Positions 49,463-61,999 are shown, numbered from the stretch's first letter. The stretch is 64,000 nucleotides of DNA from Obrimoposthia wandeli (GCA_977020255.1 CDROCS010001033.1:62001-126000); one strand, 5' to 3'. Notes: generated by a model from the sequence alone, not told the origin. Translations and numbers: made by a program.

Positions 49463-50590
49463 ATGAAATCAACAGACTCAAACCCACACCTGAACTGGAA
49501 AGTTGCTCCGCGGGGGAGGGGAGAGAAAACTATAAAGTTCGTCAAGCAAAGACCTGAAATGGCTTGCATGGCAAAATTCCTTTACGGAAAAATAAGGCAA
49601 TTCGAAACTAGAACGTTTAATGGAAAAAACGGTTCCAAAACGTTTGCAAATCAAACCCAATTACCCAATAAAATAAAATTGAGAGATACTCCCCGACGAA
49701 GCCTATTACTGAATAGCGTACAGGATAGGCCAACTGAACAAGGATTGTTAGAAATAATGGAGTTCCTACCAACATGCACAGATATTGAAATCCACGTGGC
49801 AAAAGGCCGTGGATTTCTACAACACAAAAGGCAAAAGGATTTTTCTATTTTATTATTACAAAATCATTCCTACCGATTGAAGAAACACCAGATAACACCC
49901 GACCTAAAAATCCGCTTATCTGGTGGAAACAATGTACTTTTCTTCGAGCAGAACATCAAACCAGAACCCGTTAAGATGTGTTACATCCAATTATCACCCA
50001 GTATTCCCCAAATGTTTTTTGTTTATTGTGAGATGGTAATAACAATGGAAAAACAGCCAACATTGGCAAGCGTCTCTATAATGAACAGGGAAGGAAAAGT
50101 CATCCTTAATACTTTATGTACCAGTAGAGAAAGAATTAGAAATTATGTAGGACGAATAACGGGATTAAGTGAGTACACATTAAAAAACCAATCGGACTCT
50201 AGGGATGTAATTACACATGTACAACAAATCCTTAGAGGAAATATACTGGTAGGAACGGGAATTACGAATGATTTAAAAGTACTAAGCATGAAAAAGTCAG
50301 ATTTCGTCACTTTAATAGATCTAGGAGCCACCAAGACCATTCAACAAGATTTCAATCAACAAACCAAAGTTGGATTGAAAAGAATGATTCTATATTATTT
50401 CAAACAGAACATACAGAAAAAGACCCATTCTAGTTTAGAAGATACGAAATGGACTAGAGAAATATACATCCGTAAAGCAAGCGAAATAAATGCTGAACTT
50501 GGGTCGATTTTCCCCTCACCTCGCGAAAGCATAGCTAATCTGCCTGAGGTCATAGACCTTTGTTCCTCTGATTCTGAGGACAGCCTTTAG
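49463..50590 (+). CDS. RRM-like + DEDDh (REX4/ISG20-like) 3'-5' exonuclease with C-terminal SIM-like motif
   Basis: VYCEMV..LASVSIMN..ITGL..ILVG..NDLKVL..LK..IQKKTHSSLED; upstream RSLLLNSV..KGRGFLQH; C-terminal EVIDLCSSDSED. Intronless, 375 aa. Confidence 0.85.
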   Translation: MKSTDSNPHLNWKVAPRGRGEKTIKFVKQRPEMACMAKFLYGKIRQFETRTFNGKNGSKTFANQTQLPNKIKLRDTPRRSLLLNSVQDRPTEQGLLEIMEFLPTCTDIEIHVAKGRGFLQHKRQKDFSILLLQNHSYRLKKHQITPDLKIRLSGGNNVLFFEQNIKPEPVKMCYIQLSPSIPQMFFVYCEMVITMEKQPTLASVSIMNREGKVILNTLCTSRERIRNYVGRITGLSEYTLKNQSDSRDVITHVQQILRGNILVGTGITNDLKVLSMKKSDFVTLIDLGATKTIQQDFNQQTKVGLKRMILYYFKQNIQKKTHSSLEDTKWTREIYIRKASEINAELGSIFPSPRESIANLPEVIDLCSSDSEDSL

Positions 50591-50890
50591 AGTAGTAAGA
50601 TATTTTACTATGCATCATTCATTAAATGTCTTATTGCTTGTGGATGTGAAAAGTATAAAATCAATGTTTTATTTTTTATCTTTGCATTAACAGACTAGAG
50701 TGATGTTGTTTTTAAAAAATCATTTTAGACAGACATACTTTAAGGGATATTCATTCTTCAATTTGTTGCAAACGTCAGAGGTCTGACTTGGTTTTTCCCC
50801 ATAGGATTGTTGGGTTATTAATTAATAAAATAATTAATAATTTAGTCAATTAAAATTGACATTTAAAATTGATCTAAAATGCCCACAATT

Positions 50891-51251
50891 AGGGAGGAAT
50901 GCCATTTCAGCCTCCGACGGGGTGGTCCCGTTTCGCCCTGCCGGGCTCGTCAGAGAGGCGGCAGAAAAATATTGATTGCGGAGACCTTTCCGCCCAGTTA
51001 TCTCTCTCTACTGTCCCGAGGGTCGCCTTTTGAAAATTCCCGGTTGCACGCGTGTGGGCATGTATAGCCGGGAATTACCAGATGCCACCAGAATTACCAG
51101 ATGCCAACCGCTAGCAGTGCAGTCGTCTCCCTCAGACCGACTTCTGCAACGGATTCCGATCTGTTTTGACGTCGTCATGTCATTAAATCTCATTGTGTCT
51201 CCCAAGAAGCCGAATTAGATGTCCCTATCCAGCTTTCTCTGTGCCACATCA
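50891..51251 (+). other. Candidate polypurine tract (agggaggaa) plus 3' LTR (TG...CA)
   Basis: Purine run directly before TG at 50900, then a GC-rich block with ATTAAA near 51182 and a CA end at 51251. No 5' partner in the window to confirm it. Confidence 0.35.
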
Positions 51252-52694
51252 GGGACGGAATTGTGTTTTTGCTTTTGTGCACTTTGTTGCCGCACAGGAT
51301 TATCACATGTTCCAGTTACGACCGGTCTTCTCCATCATCATCAAAGTGTTAACAATAAATTGCACTTTCATCCTCTAGTAACAACTTCCACAGTGGCCTG
51401 TCTCCCTGTTCTTCCTTCATCCCACATCACCATCACCTTGATACAGCCCACAAACACAATCTCTCTCCCACTGTGATGGCATTGGCAATTGTAAAAGTCA
51501 ACTCGATTACAGTTTTCTCTTCTGCCCATTCTACGCTAAAAATCACTAACACAGGAAACACAAATTGGTCTGATAAAGTGACTGTTATCCATCTCCATCC
51601 TGCAACTGCTGCCCTCTGTGCATCTGTGCCACATCAGTGACGGAATTGTGTTTTTGTTTTTGTGCACTTTGTGTAAGTATGTGTGCACGTTTTGCACCGA
51701 TTCTCGGTCTCCAATTTAATAACTTATCAACAATTTATGCCCTCCAATTTAGAATAATCAAATTCTTCTCTACCGCGAATTTGGTAAGAATTTGAAGCGA
51801 CTGATACTATTGGAAAAAATACAATTTAATAACTTATTAACAATTTATGCCTTCCAATTTGGAATAATCAAATACTTATCTACCATGTTTTTCATTACAG
51901 ATGCACTTCACTCTCAATACTTATCTCTATTGTTTGTGTGTTCGAGATCACAACTGTCTTCCGAGTCGAGTTAAACAGATGGGGAGGGACAAAAACATAG
52001 GTCCAAATTGAAGCTTAACCTGGGCTAAGTTCGTAAATTATTAGAACCAAATGCTATTAAAATACCTAACAATCATTTTATTTTTACAAATTTTATTTTA
52101 GTTGAATCTGTGCGTTTTCATCAAGCTGAATAGTGCATTTCTCTCGTTTTCCAGAATACTTGTCGATGTTTAATAGTAATCGTCAACTTTTTAATGTTTT
52201 GATTTTTTTTATAGATGTCATTATTTTCCTAAATAATATGTTTATTTGCGTTTTAATTCTAATTTGTGCATCTGCCACTTAACAATTTTAGCAACAATAC
52301 ACAGTGCTGATTTAAGAATATCTGAAAATTTCATAGAAAGTTTTCGAATATGATCATTTCTACAAAACATTTTTAACCAGCGAAGAATTTATTTTAACCA
52401 TATGGTGAAGTTCCAAATGAACAATTAAAATTGAATGGTTAAAATTAAACGTAAAGACAAAAAATAATAATATTTTAAATGCTAAATTAATGAAAAAGTA
52501 AAAAAGGTTAATAAATATTAAAATTATTTAACATAAAGTGACCTTACATGTTGACTACATTATTTAGTTACCAGGTAGAGAGAAAACATAGAGAATACTT
52601 ATAGACTTATGTACTTATAGACTCACTGGGAGAATCGTTAACTATTAAAAATCACTACTATAGAGAAAAATATACAGTGAAAAAATTATGATAG

Positions 52695-54320
52695 TGTTAG
52701 GATTAGGATTTATAAAATTGATTAATTATATATATAGGAAAAATAGAACCCTGTAAACAAGGTTAAATAAAATAAAAAAATAATAATTTTAAAAATTTTA
52801 AATTGAATTTAATAAGATTAAAATAAGTTTAAGGATCTTAAAGGTCATGTGTATTGCGTTATGTGTATAGGTAAGTTAAAAATCTAAAGGGGCCAGTTAC
52901 GAAAAGTTAAATTAATTGTATAAAAACCCAGTTACAAAAAGAAAATCAACTACAGGAAAATTAATTAACTTCAATTAAGAAGAAATTACAAAACATCAGC
53001 CTCGATGAGAACCGACTGCTGCCAGCCAGACTTGGTTGAAAGGCGAAGAGTCGGAATGCAGAGCAAGCGCGCTGGAATGATGCCAGCCGTCTAGCGGTAA
53101 GTGCACTTAAGTTAAGTGCAGTTCATTTATTATTTTCCATTGAGGAGCGAGACGAAGGCGCTGGGAGCTGGGTCGGCCGATTTCCAGTTCGAATCCGGTC
53201 GTGCTGTGAGCGGGACAGGAGCACTTAAATTGGGTAAGTGGATTCGTTGAGTTGAGTGCCTTCGGGATTGTGGCCTGAATAGTTTCAGAGGGGCAAAGGG
53301 GGAAATCATCCAATTGCTGAGGCCACTTGTGGAGGCCGAACCATTGGTAGATTGAGAAATCTTAAAAAATAAATCCTATTGGAGGTAAAATTTCTTATAA
53401 TAGACGGAAACTAGAGTTGAGATTTAGTAGAAATTATTGATCGTAATTCAATCAGATAAGCAGAGACATATATAATCGTTAAAGCCCTTTCTGGACAAAC
53501 AAAGGCGGATCTTGGTGAGAATTTTGTCTAGATAACTTAGAGAAAGTTTAAATTGTGAATTTATCTAAAAGTTGGAATAATTATGAATTTATCTTAAAGT
53601 TGGAATAATTGTGAATTATCTTACAGTTGGAATAATTGTGAATTATCTTAAAGTTTAAATAATTTTGGATTTATCTCAAAAGTTGAGATAATTTGTGTAA
53701 TTAAGAAATTATCTTAAAGTTTGTATAACAGTTGGTATAATTCCGAAAGTGACTTGTTATATTTAAAATTGGTACGGGGAAGAACTTTAAACTGGTAAAT
53801 TAGGTGAAGTTGGTTAAAAATAAGTAAAAGTTTTAGAACCTATATATTGAAGAAACCAAAGTTGGAACTAAAGAACAATTTAAATTAACTAGGCAAATTT
53901 GATTAAAAGACGTAAAATCAATAGAGGGTCATCTCTATTTATAAAGTGTTTGAGACTGATTGTTGTTAGACAACCTACTTGTCAACTTGTTAAATCATTT
54001 TTAGTTAGTAAAGTAATATAGAATTTTCCTACAGATCGAGTAGAGTTATTTCGGTTAACATAGGAATAGAAAAACACAAATCCCTCCCCACACCACACTA
54101 CACTACAACAAGGGAATCCTTTTAGTATCTTGTGCACACAACTCTGTACACATCTCGCACTACATTGATACAAAAACCTTCAGACTTGCGACTAAGTTAA
54201 GTAGGAAAAAACCTAAATAGGCCACATACATCTGTAAGCCCTATTGCTACAGAATTCACGTTGGGAGCCTCCATAAGAGGATCTATCTGAATCAAAGCAT
54301 TTCAAATAGAAACCCCAAAA
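52695..54320 (+). mobile_element. Solo LTR, 1626 bp, about 535 bp upstream of the YTHDC2-like ATG
   Basis: TGTTAGG...GAAACCCCAAAA with a 4-bp TSD ATAG on both sides; internal tandem repeats at 53560-53700; conserved 3' core. Confidence 0.85.
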
Positions 54321-54854
54321 ATAGTGACAAAGTAACGATGAGAATAATGAATCAAGAAACGACAAGAAGATTATATGGAACAGTAAGGAATTTGATGGAA
54401 ATTTGAAGAGCAATACAGTAAAATAAGAGTAGGAAAGGACAACATGTCGCAAAAATAAAAAAGTATAAATAATAAAACCCAATCTGTCACTGTTTACAGA
54501 TAATTTACACTTTTGTAATATCGATGCTCCACAAAGTATATATGATCCGTCACGGTCCCACCTTAAAACACAAACGATCAATAATTATAAGAAGCAGTCG
54601 TTTAGTTTGTACACTAGGAATTTTCTAACCCAAGCTCAAGTAGTTGTTCAGTCAACGATATTAAATAAAATTAAACATTTATTCCTTCAACAGGATGAGA
54701 ATATTTTAGCTGTGCCACACCGAAAGTATTATTTTTAAAAAAAGTAAATAAGGCAGGAATTTGGACAATTGTCATAAAACTTTTAAGCAGACCCCCATGG
54801 TAAGTTTAAAAAAACTAATAAGTATTGATTAGAATTATTTATTTATTTTATGAA

Positions 54855-57800
54855 ATGATTGGCGACAAAGAAGACATTCGAGGACTGTTATCATATTTCT
54901 TTGGTAGATTTAGAATTGATATTTAACTTTGATTTATTTAAAGCTTATGAACAGTCAACTCCGTTTATTGAAAAGTTTAACAAGGAAGACCCAGCAAATA
55001 TTGAATACGATGAAATAAAATTGGCCATAGTTCTGTCGTTGGAGAACTTTCTTCGAAGACCGCATTTAAATGAATTGAAATTCCCAGCATCGTTTTCTAA
55101 TGTTGAGAAAAAACTTGTTCAAATAGCTGCCAAGAAAATGGGTCTTAAGTATCAATTAACAAAGTTAAGTTTCTTTGTAATTTTGGTAGATTAATTATTT
55201 AACATTTGGTGATATTCAAAAGAATAAATTTTATTCAAACTTCGACAATATAAATATATTAAGCATTGCTTGTTATATCCTTTGTGGCCTAAAATTGTTT
55301 GTAGATATTTTAATTTAATATCTTTTTATAAAAATAATTTTGCTTTTAATTGTAGAATATAAATTTAACCTTTTTTTAGAAATAATAAAACATCATAGCA
55401 AAACCTAATTGTTAAATGTTGAAAGCTTTGTATATAATTTCACAAGGACAAAAAAATTCTATTTTTTCATATGCTTTATATAAGCTTGGGGTGCTATACT
55501 GAGACTCCTAGAATGTATTGAAACGAGTTGTTCCGATACCGCCCAATATGGCTCGTTATAAGTGGATTTGTTATTAACAGCAGATCTTTAAGAAACTATA
55601 CAAATCTAAAGTTGATTTACATTTCTTTCAATCTTAATTATATTTTCTGAAAACTATTCTTTTACATTGTAGACACTTACATTGATCTTTCTATAATTGT
55701 AGCCATATTTGATCCTAATTTTATACACACTTCAATCTTAATGTGGACATTCAAATTTCCCAGAAGACTCAATAGTCAGTCAACTTCATCTTCGAGTGGA
55801 CCCTCAACACAAATGGTGACAACTCCAACATTTGCTATTGTTGTTTACAAGCCTAATCTCTCCACCATTGTTTCACGAGCTTTAAAACTTCAGTTAACGT
55901 GGAACAGCAGACGAGCTATAGTTCAACTTCTCGGCTCCAATCCAGTTACAATGAAAGAAAGACAAGAATTCCAACAATTGCAATGCAAGCCTGATAAAGG
56001 TGCTTTAAATTTTGTGTATTCTAAGCATTTAAAAAAGGATCAATTAAAAAAAATCAGAAAATAATATATTATTTTTACATTAACCTATTTAATAAGATTT
56101 TCAAAATTTCCCTAATACCATTATTGAAAAATCGATTAAATTTTTAAAATTTTTATTAGTATTTTCAAAAAAGAATCTATGACATGAAAGAATAAATTGT
56201 AAAATTCCAAAATGCATAAGAAACAAACAAAAATAGTAAAAAATATGAACTTTTAAATGGATGATACAGTCTATTCTGGCTAATAAATGGCAGATTCACA
56301 CATGAAATAAAGTATGTAAAATATCTTCAACAATGTATAGTAAAATTTAAAAAATATTGAACAAATAAAAGTTAAAAGGTTATAAACAGTTGAATGATAA
56401 ATTCACAAGCATTACTGAGTTGGTTACACAATCTTCAGTTGGTAATCATTCACTGACTCTGCAGAGGGCAGAGATGACCGTCACCGCACCACTACTGGAA
56501 AGTTGATGGGCGCAGTGCCACAAGTACCCCAGAGTCTCTCACAGATGGCTCCGCTACCACAGCCAATGTGCTCCACCTCAGCAGCGGCACTGCACATAGT
56601 TGGAGGCGGGGATGGACTCGTCAGTCACCAGACCAGAGCTTCTCCGGAGCCACAGCAGCACGCCGTGTGGGCTGTCAGGGCGGAGATAATTGAGTCAGTC
56701 AGGAACAATCCCATCGTGATCGTGTTCGGGGCTGCAGGCTGCGGCAAGACCACTCAGATTGCCCAGGTAAGTGCTACGTGCTCCACATTTCCATAAAAAG
56801 GACCCTCACTGATTTATGCCAATCTTTTTTTATCTCAGATGATAATGCAAGACTGTGGACGCAGCGGAAAGGCGTGTCGCATGATCTGCACCCAGCCATA
56901 CGGACTGTGTGCACATGCAAACGCGCAATACGTTACTCAGAACCGTGATGAGAATATTGGTCAGACCGTGGGCTACCAAATTCGTCTTGAAAGCAAGTTA
57001 GTTCATATTTATTTTATGACTTGTGTAGTATGGTGTAATGTTATGCAGTTTGATGCAGTATATTATAATGTGGGACAATGTAGTGCAATGTGATAGTGAA
57101 CTTGCAGAGTGTCTCCACGAACGCTACTGACATACTGCACTAATGAAGTGTTGTTGCGCACGTTGTACGGCGACCGTGGCTTCCTTGCCGGCACGACACA
57201 CATCCTGGTGGATGAGTTGCAGCAGCGGTGTCGCCACGCGGACTTGTTGGTGGCTCTGCTGCGGTCGTTAACATCGACTGGCGGTTCTGGGACACAACAG
57301 CACTTACGCGTGGTGCTGCTCGTCACTTGTCCGGCCCTGCCATACGACCTGGTACCCACTGGTCCAGGTACTGCAGGTGGGAGGCCGTCACCCCGCACCT
57401 CCTACTTCCACCGACACGGGCACCAGCACCAGCAACAACAGGGGGGCAGCAGTCCGGTCAGAGAAGGCAGCAGCAGCAAACTTGTGCGAGTTCTCAGACA
57501 CTACTTTGACTACTGTCCCACCGTTTATGGTGAGTGAGTCTCCTCTTTTGCCTATTCACTCCTGACCATTCCACATCCATCAGTGAGGAAGCCCGTCCAG
57601 GACATAGAGGAGCTCTTCTTGGAGGACGTTCTACACATGGTTAACATCGCTGTCGACTCCCAGGACTCGGATTTTTCTGGTGAGTCGCAAACACTGCTAA
57701 ACTTGTTCACTGATCTACATATTTATTCTTAACTGCAATATCATGAAATCCCTACTATAGACAGTTCATTGTCCCACACACAATTCAGATCCCTTGCAGA

Positions 57801-60800
57801 AGGCGACATTGGAGAAGTGGCTGGCCTTTTGGCTTGAACGTGGTACTCATGGTCTCAACACACCGGAGCTTGGCCTCTTCTCGCTCTTCTACAAGCCTGC
57901 TGGAGTCAGTCCAAGCCACAGTGGTCCCGACGCTGGTATCTTTTCTCGGTACAGTTCTTCTGGCCCTACGTCGAGCAATAGTACCGGTGGTCAATACTGT
58001 GTGAGTGACGTCGAGGGAGCAGGGCCTATCAAAATATTTTACAATATATATATTTTTTCATATTGTCAATATACATTTTTAGGGAACATATTAAAAAATA
58101 ACATTGTTGGGATTTCAATTTGAAAACTCTTAAATAGATCCTCGGATGGAGGCCCCCAACGTGAGTCTATAGAAGTAGGGGTTGCAGTTGTCTGTGGCCT
58201 ACTTAGATTGTGCTTACCTGTCTCAATGTTTAATCTGAAGGTTTGTTTTTGTTTGTTTGTGGATGTGTGAAGAGCTGTGTATATGGCACCGGAAAATTCC
58301 CTTGGTGTGGTGTTATGCATGGAGGGTTGATTCTGACCTGATTGCAAGGGTTCGTTCAAGACAACACTCTAATGTAGGAAATCTTTATTTTCTAAACTCA
58401 CTCTAACTAGGTTCCTAAAATTTCAACAATTAGTCCTAACTAATTGGGGATGTCTTCGTATCGATTTTAATGTCTTAACAATTTTCAATTTGGACTTTAA
58501 CTCCTTTTTAAGATTTATGAATAAAATATGGGCAATTCAATTGAAGCTTTTAACGATTTTAATGATTTTATGAATAAAATGTGCGCAATTCAATTGAAAC
58601 TTTTAACTTCTTTTAACGATTTTATGGTTAAAATATGGGCAATTCAATTGAAACTTTTAACTTTAAATTGTAAAAATTATTCACTCAATTAAAATCAGTC
58701 TCTTGTATCCAATATATTTTATGACTTTAAATTATAAAAATGCTTCAAGCAAATTAAACTCTGTTTCAAATCAAATATAATTTCTTGACTATAAATTATA
58801 AAAATGCTTCACGCAAATTAAACTCAATCTCTAGTCTCACCAAGATTCGTTCCGAGTCGTTATTGATGAGATTCGGTCCGCGGTATGAGTTTCTCTAGGT
58901 CGCTTGGTAATGCGATCGGTCCTTCCTGTTCCAAGCTCCGTTCCTGTGTGTGTTGCTGATGGTAGTGGTTCCAAGAGAACTTCTTATATCGTTCCAACTT
59001 TTTCCTACTGCCAAGATTTGTTCCTGTATCTCTCCGGGACGAGCGAGTTTGAGCTGCAATTTATTTTTGCGGTCGATTCTGCGCGTTTCTTTTTCGTCAC
59101 ACTCAGCACTGGTTGCGCCCCGAAATTTTTCTAAGTGTTTTCCGCGACGTTTCTTGGGATAGCTCTAATGGATTCTGATAATGTAGACGTCTAGAATAAA
59201 AATAAATCAATTAGCTAATGGCTAAGTGCTTCTTATTTGGTTGATTCTCCTTTTCCAATTAGTGATTCTGCAATATAAATTTTCTGACCTTTGTTAGTTT
59301 CTTGAATAAATTCTTCTTTCGTATTATTTATTTTTATGGGTTTTTATGCTTGTAATTTTCCGGGCCCTTAATTTATTCTAACTTACCTATATATATCACA
59401 TCACACATGACCTCTCAAGGTCCTTAAACTTTTGATAATTGTATTATATTAATTTTAATTTCGATTTTATTTATTTTTAACCTTGCTTTCAAGGATTCAT
59501 TTTACTATTTAACAATTAATTATTTTTTTAAATTCATTAAATCCTAAACCTAACAATATATATTTCAAAATACCTGAAGAATACATAATATATACTATTA
59601 TTATATTTTAAAGAATAACTATTATTCTCCGATATTTCTATCGAAAATGTGTTTGCAAAATATACAAAATGAAACGTTAAACATGATCAAATTTTATGTA
59701 AAGAGAATCATGCAGCTGAATATAATAAGAATATTTGCAATACACTGAGCTGAAAACATATTAAAAAATTTAACAATAAGATATTTAATATAGCTGCTTA
59801 TGTCTAACAAATATATAAATTTGATTTCCAAGGTAGATATTATCCTTCGCAATATTTTCTGAATAGTAAAGTTTTAATAATTAGTTTTAAGCATTATTAG
59901 TTTCTTATATCCATCAGTAAATTTTTGTAAACTTATGAGCATAAATTTCAAGTATTCCATCACTATGTTTGTTATTTGAGAATTTGCTAACCAATTTGCA
60001 ATCATAATCATTGCTCCTAAGAAGCAATTACATTGTAGGTTTTAGTTACAAAAATAATTTTTGCCATGCAGAGCCAGATTGATTACGTCACCATATTCGA
60101 TGATATCCTTTGGTCAATATTCAGCCGCCAAGATATTGAGGATGTCGAGAATGAACAAGGTATTTCTGCTCTTTGAATAGTTTCCGAAATCTGAATGTAC
60201 CTGAAGTTATCATCACTTCAACAATGAATTACAATGATTTTATACAACCACAATATTAAATTGAGTCTTATTACACCGAAAATAACCAAATCAAAAGTCT
60301 CATAACTTCAAAACTTAAATTTCTCTTTTACATAACTTCTTAAATTTTAATAATTTTTTCTGTAAAAAAATTAATAGGTAAAAACCTGTTTTGAATTTAG
60401 CAAATCAAATTTATTTTTATTATTATTTTATATAATTTTGATTGTTTTCATTATATTTTCTCATAACAAAATTACTTTAATTTCGGTGTTATGAAAAAGT
60501 TAAATTTAACTTTCTCTCTTATAAAATTCGGAATTGAAGATTCAATGTTATGAATTTCGGTGTAATAAGAATCCACCCAGTTTTTGTGTCCATGTTGAGA
60601 AAATTTTGTATAATTTTACCTAATTTATTTCGCATGAATGTTTGGCAGAAGATAATATTTTTTTAAAATTACAAATGAATAAATGAATTATCTCAGATCG
60701 AAAATACGAATTGCGTATTTTTTTCTTCAGTTTTTTAGCACAATTAATTTTTTCTCCAAATTGAAATATATTTGTAAGCTCCTTCACACTTTCCCTTATT

Positions 60801-61720
60801 TTTGCTACCATTTCAGTTGGACTGTTTCTTGTCTATGGCGCTAATATATCCTTTTTATTCTCTATTGCCGTTTGATATGCTTCTCAGAGTGGGCTTTCAT
60901 AAACTAAATGTGAATTGGTGGTTTTCCTATGTGCAACCAGTCCAGCTCAACTGACTTCATTCGGAGTGATAATCAGGAGAGTGAGTTTTACGTGCTGAAC
61001 AAATGCAGCCATAAACTTGCGTCCATGACTATCGTAACATCGAGGACAGCGTCTACAAACTCTCGAATTTCGATATTCACGCAGACTTTAGATTGTTGAC
61101 AAGCGTTTCATCTTCTTTGATATCAAGTGTCCATCACAGTGGTGTAAAGCCGCACCTAGACTAAATATGCGCTCATGACTGCATAAATTCAGTCATTTTT
61201 TATAGTGAAAGGGCAGCTGGTGATTCGAAAACATCGACGTTCTTCCTTGTCTGAGAAAACGCTAAGAATACAGCAATATAGCATTTTCATGTTTAGGACC
61301 TTCAGCCTGATGATAGCTATCAATTGACAAAAATCTCTGTCTACGCTTTTTTCTAGTATTTTATCGTCACCTCTTCTTTATTTATTTATAATAAACTGTG
61401 AACCACACCTTATTTTACTTACTATGAAAACTCTAATTGAGTTTAGGCTCAAAATGTTAAAATCTGAGATCGTTTGTAAAGTCGGCTATAAACTGATTTT
61501 ACTAGTTAATTGTTAAACAAAAGCAAAACTAATCTGTTTACTAATCATTGTTCAGACCGTGACCCCAGTGACCCAAACAGCAGTGGGCTAGGGGAGGGTC
61601 TGGAGTGTTCGTATGGGGCCAAACCCGATTCTGGGCAACTGTGTCAGAACTACATGCGACTGATGTTCAATCTCGTCTCCAATGACTTCATCTCAGTCAA
61701 CCACAGACACCGCATTTCAG
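54855..61720 (+). CDS. YTHDC2: YTHDC2/Bgcn-like R3H-DExH helicase, multi-exon, continuing beyond the last exon seen
   Basis: R3H-like IKLAIVLSLENF..LKFPASFSNVEK, then LTWNSRRAIVQLLGSNPVTMKER, GAAGCGKTTQ, IGQTVGYQIRLES|VSPRTLLTYCTNEVLLRTL, FLEDVL and FNLVSNDFISVNHRH, colinear with human YTHDC2. Junctions include 54904-54943 (intron), 56766/56839 and exon 61556-61720; some 5' junctions are unresolved. Confidence 0.85.
58105..59556 (-). mobile_element. Solo LTR, 1452 bp, antisense in a YTHDC2-like intron
   Basis: Minus strand TGTTAGG...GAAATCCCAACA; flanks ACAT/ATAT (3 of 4 match); conserved 3' core. Confidence 0.8.
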
Positions 61721-61999
61721 GTGGGATCTCGACTTATTGCACATATTCTGTATATTCAGGAACCATGCATAAACTGCTACATTATTACATTTGACATTCT
61801 GACATTCTTCTCGATAATATGCAAGTTTCTGTTTATAAATATGAAGTCTTCTTTCTATTTGGAGCAGCTTCAAATTATGCATACATTTAATATTGTGAAG
61901 TATTCTACTTTTAAAACATTGAAACTGAGTAAACAACAGTTAAATCTGGAAAGTCCTTCTCTAATGCTAATTTAGGAAAAATTACTTGATCATTTCTAT

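Noticed and set aside
54215-54290. LTR core as an HDV/CPEB3-type ribozyme (GGCC and TTCACGT resemble CPEB3 P1/L3)
   Set aside because: P3 cannot form three pairs, P1 and P4 would overlap, and no catalytic C is present in J4/2. Kept only as an unassigned structure.
59990-61260. GC-richer intronic blocks as extra exons or transposase
   Set aside because: No open frame with recognisable motifs in the frames examined; probably old TE debris.
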